Source of the DNA: an uncultured Actinomycetota bacterium | GTDB taxonomy: Bacteria > Actinomycetota > Actinomycetes > S36-B12 > UBA10799 | Reading direction: 5' to 3' | DNA length: 64,000 bases | NCBI GenBank assembly: GCA_963704075.1 | Contig: CAVPGV010000013.1 | Coordinates: 17,481-81,480 of the forward strand | Part shown: positions 49,155 to 60,786 of the stretch, one piece after another | Layout: each line of letters opens with the position of its first letter | Numbering within the stretch: position 1 is the stretch's first letter | Notes under the pieces: generated by a model | What the model was told of the DNA's origin: nothing | Seen by the model: only the letters and a program-made list of their open reading frames with translations | Database searches by the model: none | Translations under genes and position numbers: made by a program

Positions 49155-51278
49155 GTGACAGCCATGAATACCCAAGTTCCCGCCACGCCGAGCAGCGAGC
49201 GCGGAGCCGCGATGATCATGGTCATGGGGATGATCTCGGTGATGACTCTTGTCGTCACCGCAGCCCTGAGTTATGCCTTGAGCGTCGCTCCCCAAGTGGT
49301 CCGCGACGAGAACTGGCAGGCCGCGCTGGCAGCTGCCCAGGCGGGGGTGGACGACTATCTCGCCCGGCTCAACAGGACTGACGCCTACGCCTTGAGCGTG
49401 GATTGCTCGAATGTGGCATTGCGGGGTCCGAAGGCGGAGGCCAACGGATGCGGATGGACGAGCACGACCACCCCCGGATGGGTGGATGTCCAGGCCGGCA
49501 AGCCCCAGGCGGGCAAGTTCCACTACGACGTCAACACCGCCAACTTCTGGAAGGATGGCTCGGTCTGGGTGGAGTCGACCGGAAAGGTTCGCGGCATATC
49601 GCGGACGATCCAGGTACGCGTTGCGCGCGGGGGATCGACGGACTTCCTCTACTACACGGACTTCGAGGACGCGGACCCTCAGAACTTGGTCGCCTACCCG
49701 CCCGGCGACAGTGATTCACTGCCCACAGGCGGGGCCAAGTACAACGAATGCGGAAAGAGCGGACCTAGTCTGGCGACGTATTGGTGGCAAGGGGGCTCGC
49801 GTGTGACCAGCGGCCTCTGCCAGGAGATCCAGTTCGCTGGTTACGACGTACTCGACGGTGACGTCCATTTCAACGACAGTCCGCTCATGGGCGGCTACGG
49901 AGGGACCCGACCCCGCTTCCTCAAAGGCTACGAAGTGGCCGATCCCAACTGCACGGAGGAAGCCGGTGCCCCGGATGCCAGCGGTGTGGGAAAGTCCATT
50001 GGCAAAGGTAAATGCTGGCGCAGCACATCGTCGGTCTCGCCCTACCTGAGTAGCGCGGGGGCTCGGCCGGCTTTGCCGCTGTACCTGCCGGACAACTCCG
50101 ACAAGTTCTCCACCTACCCGGGCTGCAATTACTACGGAGACACGAGGATCAAGTTCAACAGCAACGGGACCATGACCGTGTGGAACACCACCAGCGCAGG
50201 CAAATCACTCACCGGTCCGTCCTCGCCGCCCGGCACGAACTGCGGCAATGCGTCACAGTTCGTGCCGGCATCCGGCACGAAGTATCCGGCGACTGGTCAG
50301 ACCATCCCGGTGCCGCAGGACCTCGTCATCTACGTGCAGGCGGCGGACTCGGGCTCCGCGGCCTGCGTGCCCGGCCAGATCGTCAACGGCTCGTCGTCGG
50401 GTAGCGCATCCAGCGACGTCATCCCACAAGGCAGCGGGGACCGCTACCAGGACGTCACCGACATCAGCTACTACAACCCATCGACCAGCAGCTATGGCGT
50501 CACCAAACGGTGGAAGAAGATCAGCGGGGATTGGAAGCCTGATCCCGACTTTGTTCCCGAGCGGCAGGAAACCACCGAGGTGCCGGAGGGCGACGTGCAT
50601 CCCCTGACCTTCGACTGTGGGTCTGGCAACGTCTATGTCGAAGGCACTGTGAAGGGCCGGGTCACGATTGCTGCGCAGAACAACGTGGTCGTGACAGGAG
50701 ACCTGGCCATCAACGGCACGGCCAAAGGCAACTCGGCCATCGGCCCGGACATGGTCGGCTTGGTCTCGGCGAACTCCGTGGTGGTCTACCACCCCGTTGC
50801 TCGGTCCCGGTCCACGAGCGAAGGTACCGCTTCAGCGACCAAGTCTCCCCGAAAGCTGAAGGTCGACTGCCCGTCGAGGTCCAGTGACACGCTATCCGAC
50901 AAAGATGGCAAGAACGGAAACACCATCACCTGTGAATGGCCGGTGAAGACAACCTTCGGGAGCAGTTACAGCAACATCTCGTATCCAGGCGCGACCAACT
51001 CGTCGGGCAACCGGTGGATCTACGCGTCCATCCAGACGCTGGCTCGCAGTTTCTGGGTGCAGAACTATAACCAGGGGGCCGATCTGGGAACTCTCTCGGT
51101 GAGGGGGTCGATAGCTCAGAAATGGCGTGGTGCGGTCGGCACCTCGGGTGGCACCGGCTACGCCAAGGACTATTCCTACGACTCCCGTCTTCAATTCGCT
51201 TCGCCGCCCTACTTCCCGCAGTGGACCAACGCCGCGTGGGGTGCCAAGGTCACCGGTGAGTTGTCGGCCCGCTACTGA
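49155..51278 (+). CDS. large pilus-associated protein with PilX-like N-terminal anchor (candidate tip or adhesin component)
   Basis: 707 aa. The N-terminus SSERGAAMIMVMGMISVMTLVVTAALSYAL resembles the PilX_N/TadG-type hydrophobic anchor. The remainder is Gly/Ser/Thr/Asn-rich and predicted beta-rich. No catalytic motif recognised. Confidence 0.55.
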   Translation: MTAMNTQVPATPSSERGAAMIMVMGMISVMTLVVTAALSYALSVAPQVVRDENWQAALAAAQAGVDDYLARLNRTDAYALSVDCSNVALRGPKAEANGCGWTSTTTPGWVDVQAGKPQAGKFHYDVNTANFWKDGSVWVESTGKVRGISRTIQVRVARGGSTDFLYYTDFEDADPQNLVAYPPGDSDSLPTGGAKYNECGKSGPSLATYWWQGGSRVTSGLCQEIQFAGYDVLDGDVHFNDSPLMGGYGGTRPRFLKGYEVADPNCTEEAGAPDASGVGKSIGKGKCWRSTSSVSPYLSSAGARPALPLYLPDNSDKFSTYPGCNYYGDTRIKFNSNGTMTVWNTTSAGKSLTGPSSPPGTNCGNASQFVPASGTKYPATGQTIPVPQDLVIYVQAADSGSAACVPGQIVNGSSSGSASSDVIPQGSGDRYQDVTDISYYNPSTSSYGVTKRWKKISGDWKPDPDFVPERQETTEVPEGDVHPLTFDCGSGNVYVEGTVKGRVTIAAQNNVVVTGDLAINGTAKGNSAIGPDMVGLVSANSVVVYHPVARSRSTSEGTASATKSPRKLKVDCPSRSSDTLSDKDGKNGNTITCEWPVKTTFGSSYSNISYPGATNSSGNRWIYASIQTLARSFWVQNYNQGADLGTLSVRGSIAQKWRGAVGTSGGTGYAKDYSYDSRLQFASPPYFPQWTNAAWGAKVTGELSARY

Positions 51279-51328
51279 CCGTCCACAGGCTTGCGCCACG
51301 ACATGAGTCCCACCACTAGGCTCGCACC

Positions 51329-52096
51329 GTGACGGTGATCGCCGGTTTCGTCGGTCTGCTGATCGGCTCGTTCCTGAACGTGGTCGTATGGCGGCTACCG
51401 CGCGGCGAATCCCTGTCCCATCCGGGATCGCACTGTCCGGCCTGCGGGCGTCCGATCCGGCACTACGACAACATCCCTGTGGTGTCGTGGCTTGTCCTCC
51501 GCGGGAAGTGTCGTGACTGTGGCGCCCGCATCTCCATCCGCTACCCCCTCGTGGAGTTGGGGACCGGTCTGGCGTTCGCGGCGACCGCTGCCTCGATCGG
51601 ATTCTCCGTCCTGCTGCCCTTCGCCTTATGGTTCGTGGCAGCCTGCATCGCCATGGTGCTGATCGATGTCGACCACCACCGCCTGCCCAACACATTGACC
51701 GTGTCCACGTATCTCGTGGTCGTCGCGGGCTTGGCGGTCACGGCGGCGGTCGACGACACCTGGTCAGCGTTCCTGCGAGCGGTCGCCGGAGGAGCGGTGC
51801 TCGCGGTGATCTACGCGGGACTGGCGTTTGCCTTCCCCAAGGGCATGGGATGGGGCGATGTGAAACTTGCGGCCGGGCTGGGCACGGCCCTGGCCTGGTA
51901 CGGCTGGGCCGAGTTAGTGGTGGGCGGTTTCGGTGCCTTTTTCCTCGGGGCGGTGTGGGGACTGGCCTCGATGGCGGCGGGAAAGGCAGGAAGGAAGAGC
52001 GCGTTGGCGTTCGGGCCCTTCATGATTGTGGCGACATTCCTGGCCATGGCATGGGGCGCGGATATCGCGACCTGGTACGCCAGTCTGCTGAGTTGA
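51329..52096 (+). CDS. pilD: prepilin peptidase / N-methyltransferase (A24 family)
   Basis: 255 aa. SFLNVVVWRLP, a CPACG..CRDCG zinc-type motif, and catalytic-Asp regions (IDVDHHRLPN; GMGWGDVKLAAGLG). Confidence 0.92.
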   Translation: MTVIAGFVGLLIGSFLNVVVWRLPRGESLSHPGSHCPACGRPIRHYDNIPVVSWLVLRGKCRDCGARISIRYPLVELGTGLAFAATAASIGFSVLLPFALWFVAACIAMVLIDVDHHRLPNTLTVSTYLVVVAGLAVTAAVDDTWSAFLRAVAGGAVLAVIYAGLAFAFPKGMGWGDVKLAAGLGTALAWYGWAELVVGGFGAFFLGAVWGLASMAAGKAGRKSALAFGPFMIVATFLAMAWGADIATWYASLLS

Positions 52097-52163
52097 TCTC
52101 ATCGGGACTCAATAAATCGCCTGCAATTGCCGATGCCTCCGGTGACGCGTTTCGGAGGTTTCA

Positions 52164-53209
52164 GTGAGCAGAGCCACGGTGGGTTTGGAGGTGGGATCCT
52201 CCGCGGTTCGTCTTGCGACGGTCAACCGCACCAGGGGTGGCCCTGTGCTCGAACACATCGGTGAGGCTGCCCTGGCCGCGGGTGCGGTCATCGATGGCGA
52301 ATTGCAGGACCCCGACGCATTGCGGATCGCGGTACGGCAGGCGGTCAAGAGCGGTAAGCCGGGTAGCAAGGGTGTTCGGCTAGGTGTGTTGAGCCAGAGG
52401 ATGGTAGCCCGCCAGGTCGATCTGCCGTGGGTGCCCGACAAGGAGTTCAAACAAGCTCTGCCGCTGTTGGCCGCTGATTGCCTCCCGATGCCCGTTCAGG
52501 ACTGTGTTCTGGACTTCCTGGGATCGGCTGAGGTCCTGGACGACGACGGCGCGAGACTCCGCAGGGGTCTACTCGTCGCAGCCAGTGAGCAAGGAGTCCA
52601 GGATGTGGTGGATGCGGTCGAGGCATCGGGCCTGCGCGTCGGCTCCGTGACCCTCACACCACTGTCCACTCTGGCCGCGCTGGCAGACGCGAACGCTCCC
52701 GCTCCTGAGGCATTGCTGGACATCGGGCACACCATGACGACCGTGACGATTCATGAGAACGGCCAGCCCGCGTTCGTGCGGATTCTCGCGCGCGGCGGCC
52801 GTGACATCACCATCGCGCTGGCAGACCATCTGGGTATCAGCGAAAGCGACGCCGAACGATGGAAGTGCGCAGTGCCGGCCATGTGGACGTCCATGAGCCC
52901 CGCGGATCGTGGCGCGACCGAGACGGCCATCCGCGAGGCTGTGGCCGACCTCGTTTCGGACATCCGCACCTCGATCGATTTCTACAACACCAGCGAGGGG
53001 ATCCGGGTCGGCCGGGCCTATGTCGTGGGAGGTGGCGGTGCCACGCTCGGCCTGGTGCCGATCCTGGCCTCTGTGCTGCGAGCTCCCGTCGACGGCCGGC
53101 AGCGGTCATGTCGTACGGCCCGGCAAGTCGCTCTCCCCGGCCGAATATGCACTTGCCGGCAGCCCGGCGTCCGCGGCCTGCCGTAGCCCTGGCACTGGGG
53201 GCGGCATGA
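52164..53209 (+). pseudogene. pilM: type IV pilus assembly protein PilM (actin-like ATPase), two +1 frame interruptions near the 3' end as assembled
   Basis: VGLEVGSSAVRLA.., DIGHTMTTVTI and VVGGGGATLGL motifs. The C-terminus reads LRAPVD | AGSGHVVRPGKSLSPAEYALAGSPAS.. | ..PAVALALGAA* across shifts near 53090 and 53170. The restored stop overlaps the pilN ATG (ATGA at 53206-53209). Confidence 0.85.
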
Positions 53210-53955
53210 CTACCGACTACCGGCAAAGCGCAGGCCCCGCGGAACAGCCCGAGCCCATCCCTGAGCGTGTGCAAGCACCAGTCGAGCCGGTTGGGGCATT
53301 GGCCACTCTCTTGCCTCGGAAGTCATTTCCGACGCCGAGTCTCATCCCGCCTGCCGTTCTGCGTCGCCGGGCCGTGGGCAAAGCTCAGCGGGCAGGGGCC
53401 ATCGCGCTGCTCGTCGTCCTCGGGGTATTCGGGGTCTTGTTCCTGCTGGGTCGGATGCAGCTCGCCGCCGCGCAGCAGCAGTTGTCGGCGGCCGAGCAGC
53501 AGCTGCAGGTCGCCGAGGCCGCAAAGGCCGAATACAGCGAAGTGCCCGCCGTGTATGCAGCGGTTGATGCGGCTCGGTCCGAACTGGCGCAAGCGATGGG
53601 AAACGAAGTGCAAGTAGCGCGTTTGGTGACGAACCTCAGCGCCATCATGCCCCCCTCGGTCTCGTTGACGACAGTCTCGATGACCATCGGTGAGGACGAG
53701 ACCACTTCATCCACAGCCGCCACCACGACCGATGTCATTGAGCCGCTGGTCGGGACGGTCACCTTCTCGGGGGAGGCCCGAAGTTTCAACGACGTGTCGA
53801 CGTGGATCGACACCTTGCGTGGACAAGCCGATTACCAGAACGTGATCCTGACCGACGTGTCGCGGGACACCGAGAACGGGATCTACATCTTCAGCAACTC
53901 CGCTGAACTCACCGATCAGGCCTTGTCCGGGCGGTTCGTCGAGGAGACGCAATGA
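53206..53955 (+). CDS. pilN: type IV pilus assembly protein PilN
   Basis: About 250 aa. Cytoplasmic N-terminus, one TM helix (AIALLVVLGVFGVLFLL), a coiled coil (QLAAAQQQLSAAEQQLQVAE), then a PilN-type periplasmic-like domain. Confidence 0.75.
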   Translation: MTTDYRQSAGPAEQPEPIPERVQAPVEPVGALATLLPRKSFPTPSLIPPAVLRRRAVGKAQRAGAIALLVVLGVFGVLFLLGRMQLAAAQQQLSAAEQQLQVAEAAKAEYSEVPAVYAAVDAARSELAQAMGNEVQVARLVTNLSAIMPPSVSLTTVSMTIGEDETTSSTAATTTDVIEPLVGTVTFSGEARSFNDVSTWIDTLRGQADYQNVILTDVSRDTENGIYIFSNSAELTDQALSGRFVEETQ

Positions 53956-54662
53956 AGAGCAATCCGAGGTTCTGGCAGATCGGGGCGGTCGTCGTCGTCC
54001 TGGTGCTCGGGTACGTCGGGTGGGTGTTGCTGGTCCGTCCGGTGTTCGCAGCCGTGGGGCAGACCCGCGACGAGACCACCGCCACAGAAGAACAGACTCA
54101 GCGGACGATGCTCGAGACACGGCAACTGGCCGAACAGAAAAAGGACCTGCAGGAACAGATCGACTCGCTGGAGCGGATTCGGGCAAAGATCCCGAAGGAT
54201 GTGAACGTCCCGAAGCTGATGCGGACCATTCAGGCCGAGGCGCGGGCCGAGGGTGTGGAACTGGACTCTCTGCAGCCAGGTCAGATCACGCTCTTCAAGA
54301 TTCCTGAGCCGTCGCCCGCGCCGAGTACCGCAAAGCCAGAAGCAAATGCCTCGCAGAGCCCAGCCCCCAAACCCGTCCCGACCCCGACGAACCTGGGCCA
54401 AGGCGTCGCGCCACGCAACACCGGCGTCGCGTATGTACCGCTGACGCTCTCGGGCCAGGGTGCGTACTCGGCCATCCGTCGACTGACATCGCGGCTGGAG
54501 CAGCAGCAGCGCGCGTTCCTGGTGACCTTGATCGACGTCAACCGGCAAGGCGACGACGAAGCCCAGGAGCCGCTGCAATTCACCATGCAGGCACGCGTGT
54601 TCGTCCTGAACGGCGACAACGTCAGCCTGCCGGCGGATCTGCGCACGGACGGAGGTGATTGA
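53952..54662 (+). CDS. pilO: type IV pilus assembly protein PilO
   Basis: 236 aa. One TM helix, a coiled coil (QLAEQKKDLQEQIDSLERIRAKIP), then ..LMRTIQAEARAEGVELDSLQPG.., typical of PilO. Overlaps the pilN stop. Confidence 0.75.
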   Translation: MKSNPRFWQIGAVVVVLVLGYVGWVLLVRPVFAAVGQTRDETTATEEQTQRTMLETRQLAEQKKDLQEQIDSLERIRAKIPKDVNVPKLMRTIQAEARAEGVELDSLQPGQITLFKIPEPSPAPSTAKPEANASQSPAPKPVPTPTNLGQGVAPRNTGVAYVPLTLSGQGAYSAIRRLTSRLEQQQRAFLVTLIDVNRQGDDEAQEPLQFTMQARVFVLNGDNVSLPADLRTDGGD

Positions 54663-55365
54663 GGTGTCGGAGTACCTCGAAGAGAACCGGCGCGCCGTGA
54701 TCATGCTGATCGTCGCGGTGTGTGTCGCGCTCTTGGGCGGCCTGTACCTGCTGCTGTCCCTTGGCGGCAACGAAGAAGAAGTGGCCCCGATACCGCACAA
54801 CGACAACCCCAGCGCCGTGCAGGACACGGACCCGGTCACCGACGAGTCCGAAGCCGTCGAGAGCATCTATGTCGCTCGGGGCACCAGCGCGAATCCGTTC
54901 GGGCCGTTGGCGGGCGCGCAGAAGCAGGAGAAGTCCACGTCCGGGACGTCTTCGGAGACCTCCACCAGCAAATCGACGACGAGTTCGACGAAGAAGACCA
55001 ACACACCGACAACTTCCACGCCGCCCAAGAAGAGCAGCGTCGAGAATCAGGAACCCGCACTGGAACCTGTCCCGCGGCAGAACGACCCTGCACCGAAGCC
55101 CGATGACCCGCAACCCATCGTTCCCGAACCCATCGGTGGCCCCGGAAAAGACGGTGAGGAGCTGCTGGTCCGCGTCATCGATGTGCAACCGGAACTGATG
55201 ACTGCCCGCGTCAACGGCGAGCGGACCAAGCTGTACCTCAACGAGCCGAACGAGCTCGGCGGCCTGACCTACCTGGCGCCGCTCGGAGGTGGCTGCGCGT
55301 GGGTGGGAATGTCGGACACCGAGGTGCGCTTCAGCGTGTGCAAGGGCAAGACCGAGCGCCTGTAG
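54655..55365 (+). CDS. PilP-like membrane-anchored protein with Ser/Thr/Pro/Lys-rich linker
   Basis: 236 aa. One TM helix, an ANPFGPL motif (compare the (R/N)(D/N)PF motif of PilP), a long STK/P-rich linker, and a small C-terminal beta-rich domain. 8-nt overlap with pilO. Confidence 0.5.
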   Translation: MIEVSEYLEENRRAVIMLIVAVCVALLGGLYLLLSLGGNEEEVAPIPHNDNPSAVQDTDPVTDESEAVESIYVARGTSANPFGPLAGAQKQEKSTSGTSSETSTSKSTTSSTKKTNTPTTSTPPKKSSVENQEPALEPVPRQNDPAPKPDDPQPIVPEPIGGPGKDGEELLVRVIDVQPELMTARVNGERTKLYLNEPNELGGLTYLAPLGGGCAWVGMSDTEVRFSVCKGKTERL

Positions 55366-55387
55366 GCCAGCGTGCCACGATGGGGGC

Positions 55388-56553
55388 ATGCTCAGGTGGT
55401 TGACCGCAGGTGAATCGCACGGCCCTGCTCTGACTGCGGTGCTCGAGGGGATGCCCGCCGACGTCACAGTCACGACCGATGACGTCGCTGCGGCGCTCGC
55501 CCGTCGCCGACTCGGATACGGCCGTGGCGCTCGGCAGAAGTTCGAGGCCGACGCCGTGGAGCTTCTCGCCGGTGTCCGGCACGGACTCACGCAAGGCGGG
55601 CCCATCGCGATCCAGGTGGGTAACTCCGAATGGCCCAAATGGCAGCAGGTCATGGCCGCCGATCCCGTTGACGCCGAGGTGCTGGCCAAGCAGGCCCGTA
55701 ACGCGCCGCTGACCCGGCCCCGGCCCGGTCACGCGGACCTCGTCGGTATGCAGAAGTACGGCTTCGACGACGCCCGGCCGGTTCTGGAGCGCGCCAGTGC
55801 CCGCGAGACAGCCGCGAGGGTCGCCCTTGGCGCTCTTGCCAAGGCCCTGCTCGACCAGGCGGCTGGAGTGAAGGTGTTCAGTCACGTCGTCCGGATCGGT
55901 TCCGTGGCCAGCGACGCCCCGCCGCCGTGCTCCGCGGACCTGGCCGCCATCGACGCGGATCCGGTGCGGTGCGCTGTGCCCGCGATCGGCGAGGCCATGG
56001 TCGCGGAGATCGACGCTGCCAAATCCGACGCGGACACTCTCGGTGGGGTCGTGGAGGTCATCGCGGAAGGTCTGCCGCCGGGGTTGGGTTCGTACGTGCA
56101 CTCCGACCGGCGATTGGACGCCAGACTCGCTGCTGCCCTCATGGGAATCCAGGCCATCAAGGGCGTGGAAGTCGGGGACGGATTCGCCCTCGCCGCCATG
56201 CGCGGGTCGAAGGCGCAGGACGAGATCCTGCTCGTCGACGGCGAGATCACCCGGCCCACCGGGCACAGCGGAGGGACCGAAGGGGGCATGTCGACCGGCG
56301 AGCCCTTGCGTGTGCGTGCCGCCATGAAACCCATCAGCACCGTGCCGCGGGCCCTTCGCACGGTGGACGTGGCCACCGGCGAGCCCGCGACCGCCATCAA
56401 CCAGCGCTCGGATGCGTGCGCCGTTCCCGCCGCTGGCGTGATCGCGGAGGCGATGGTCGCGCTGGTCCTGGCCGACGCCCTACTGGAGAAGACGGGCGGC
56501 GACAGCCTCGGCGAAGTCCGGCGGAATCTGACCGCCTACCTGGACACGCTGCG

Positions 56554-56557
<4 letters not shown>
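55388..56557 (+). CDS. aroC: chorismate synthase
   Basis: [15 protein letters not shown].., [14 protein letters not shown] and RPGHADL motifs. Trimmed from track ORF 55289. Confidence 0.95.
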
Positions 56558-58558
<2,001 letters not shown>

Positions 58559-58562
<4 letters not shown>

Positions 58563-59629
58563 CCGACGTCGGAGCCCGCCGCGACCGCCTGCGCGAACGG
58601 ATGGCGGCGGCCGGCTGTGATGCCATGCTGATCACCAATCTGCCGGACGTCCACTATCTGTGCGGGTTCTCCGGATCGAACGCCGGCCTGCTGGTGTGGG
58701 CCTCCGGCGAACTCCTGGCCACCGACGGGCGATATGTCACGCAAGCGGCGCAGGAGTCACCAGGGGTTGAGTTGCTGGTGACCCGCCGCATCATCCCGGC
58801 TCTGCTGGAGGCCGCACCGGTCGGCGTAGTGGGTTTCGATCCCACCGCTGTAACTGTCGCCGCCGTGCGGTCCGCCGCCGCCGAGGTGCCAGGCGTGACC
58901 CTGGAACCGGCCGATGTCGATGTGTCCGGACTGCGTCAGGTCAAAGATGCCGAGGAGATCGCGGCGCTGGAGCAGGCGTGCCGGATCAGCACTGAGGCTC
59001 TATCCGAGTTGACCGCTGAGATCCGGGTCGGGATGAACGAACTGGAGATCGCCAGGCTTCTGGAACTGATCATGGGGCGCCATGGCGCAGCCGACCGCTC
59101 GTTCGACAGCATCGTGGCCACCGGCCCGCACAGCGCGATCCCGCATCATCAGCCCACGCTGCGCCCGATCGCCGCCGGTGATCTGCTCAAGATCGATTTC
59201 GGCGCCTTGTATGGCGGGTACCACGCGGACTGCACGCGAACGTTCATCGTGGCCGCGGATCCGCAGCCCTGGCAGGCCGAGATCCACGCCGTGGTCGCCA
59301 AGGCCCAGCAGACGGGCATCGACGCATTGCGCCCGGGACTGACCGGTCAGCAGGCGGATGCCGCTGCCCGAGCCGTCATCGACGACGCGGGATTCGGGCA
59401 GTTCTACGGCCACGGTCTCGGTCACGGCGTGGGGCTGGAGATCCATGAGGTGCCGTTCCTCGGTCCAACGTCCACGCATACAGTGGAAGCGGGTGTTCCA
59501 CTGACGGTGGAACCCGGGATCTACCTGCCCGACCGGGGCGGGGTGCGCATCGAGGACACACTGTTGGTGCTCGAGGACGGCGCGCGGATCCTGACGGATT
59601 TCCCTCGCGACCTCGCGAGGGTCGGATAG
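58559..59629 (+). CDS. M24 family Xaa-Pro aminopeptidase/dipeptidase
   Basis: 356 aa with metal ligands in [29 protein letters not shown] and EPGIY..GGVRIED. Position equals pepQ (Rv2535c). Confidence 0.9.
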
Positions 59630-59643
59630 GTGGGAAGACACAC

Positions 59644-60207
59644 GTGGCGACGACCAACGACCTCAAGAACGGCTTGGTTCTGAATCTGGACGGACAACTG
59701 TGGTCCGTCGTGGAGTTCCAGCACGTGAAGCCCGGCAAGGGCGGAGCGTTCGTTCGCACCAAGTTGAAGAACGTGCTGTCCGGCAAGGTGGTGGACAAGA
59801 CGTTCAACGCGGGCGTGAAGGTCGAAACGGCCAACGTCGACAAGCGCGCCATGAGTTACCTGTACTCCGACGGCGACGACTACATCTTCATGGACGCCAC
59901 CACGTACGACCAGATCCCGGTCTCCGCCGCGACGGTGGGTGACGCGGTGAAGTATCTACTGGAGAACCAGGAGGCGATCGTCGCGCTGCACGATGGGACG
60001 CCCCTGTACGTCGACTTGCCCGCGAGTGTCGAGTTGGTGATCGAGTACACCGAGCCCGGGCTGCAAGGCGACAGGTCGACCGGTGGCACGAAGCCGGCCC
60101 GTCTTGAGACGGGCGCCGAGGTGGCGGTCCCGTTGTTCCTCGAGAACGGCGAGAAGATCAAGGTCGACACCCGAGACGGTTCCTATCTGGGCCGTGTGAC
60201 CTCTTAG
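59644..60207 (+). CDS. efp: elongation factor P
   Basis: [49 protein letters not shown].. is the canonical EF-P sequence. Confidence 0.97.
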   Translation: MATTNDLKNGLVLNLDGQLWSVVEFQHVKPGKGGAFVRTKLKNVLSGKVVDKTFNAGVKVETANVDKRAMSYLYSDGDDYIFMDATTYDQIPVSAATVGDAVKYLLENQEAIVALHDGTPLYVDLPASVELVIEYTEPGLQGDRSTGGTKPARLETGAEVAVPLFLENGEKIKVDTRDGSYLGRVTS

Positions 60208-60614
60208 TGTCCGCACGAACCAAGGCCCGCCGCCGCGCGGTCGAGGTCCTCTACGAGAGCGACCTGCGGCAGGTATCTGTGGACGACGCGATGGATTCAC
60301 TGTCGTCGCGACTGCAGGCGGTCAACCCCTACACGGAGGTCCTCGTGCGCGGCGTGCAGGCACATGCCGAACAGATCGACGAGACCCTGTCGACCTATGC
60401 CCAGGGCTGGACTCTGGACCGGATGCCTGCCGTTGACCGCGCCATTCTGCGGGTGGGGGCATGGGAGCTGCTGTGGGGGGATGTGCCCGAAGCCGTCGCT
60501 CTGTCCGAGGCCGTCGTGTTGGCCAACGAACTGTCCACCGACGACTCCGGCAAGTACATCAACGGGGTGCTGGCGCGGGTACGCGACGTGAAGCCGCGGA
60601 TGGTCCTGGAGTAG
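60207..60614 (+). CDS. nusB: transcription antitermination factor NusB
   Basis: 135 aa. ARRRAVEVLYESD, DRMPAVDRAILRVGAWELL and YINGVLARV motifs. Confidence 0.93.
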   Translation: MSARTKARRRAVEVLYESDLRQVSVDDAMDSLSSRLQAVNPYTEVLVRGVQAHAEQIDETLSTYAQGWTLDRMPAVDRAILRVGAWELLWGDVPEAVALSEAVVLANELSTDDSGKYINGVLARVRDVKPRMVLE

Positions 60615-60639
60615 GGCGCCGCTGCAAGTCCGGCACCCG

Positions 60640-60716
60640 TGGTGCCCTCGGTGGGATTCGAACCCACACTGCCAGGATTTTGAGGCCTGTGACTCTGCCG
60701 GTTGGTCTACGAGGGC
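60640..60716 (-). tRNA. tRNA gene with encoded CCA; anticodon position reads CAA (Leu) but variable loop is only 5 nt, so isotype is uncertain
   Basis: Minus-strand read: GCCCTCG-TA-GACC-AACCGGCAG-AGTC-A-CAGGC-CTCAAAA-TCCTG-GCAGT-GTGGG-TTCGAAT-CCCAC-CGAGGGC-A-CCA. The 7-bp acceptor stem and the GGTTCGAATCC T-arm are perfect. The anticodon stem has a C31/U39 mismatch. Confidence 0.75.
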
Positions 60717-60786
60717 GTGCGCTCACCATGGTAGCGAGGCCTCGTAGGCTGATCGACGACGGACGCGACCAGAAGGGCGGCGAACA

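Noticed and set aside
60733-60750. Short similarity (CCTCGTAG) between the tRNA 5' end and the adjacent intergenic DNA, a possible integration att remnant
   Set aside because: The match is only 8-9 nt, lies in inverted orientation and sits at the 5' rather than the 3' side of the tRNA. No integrase is nearby.
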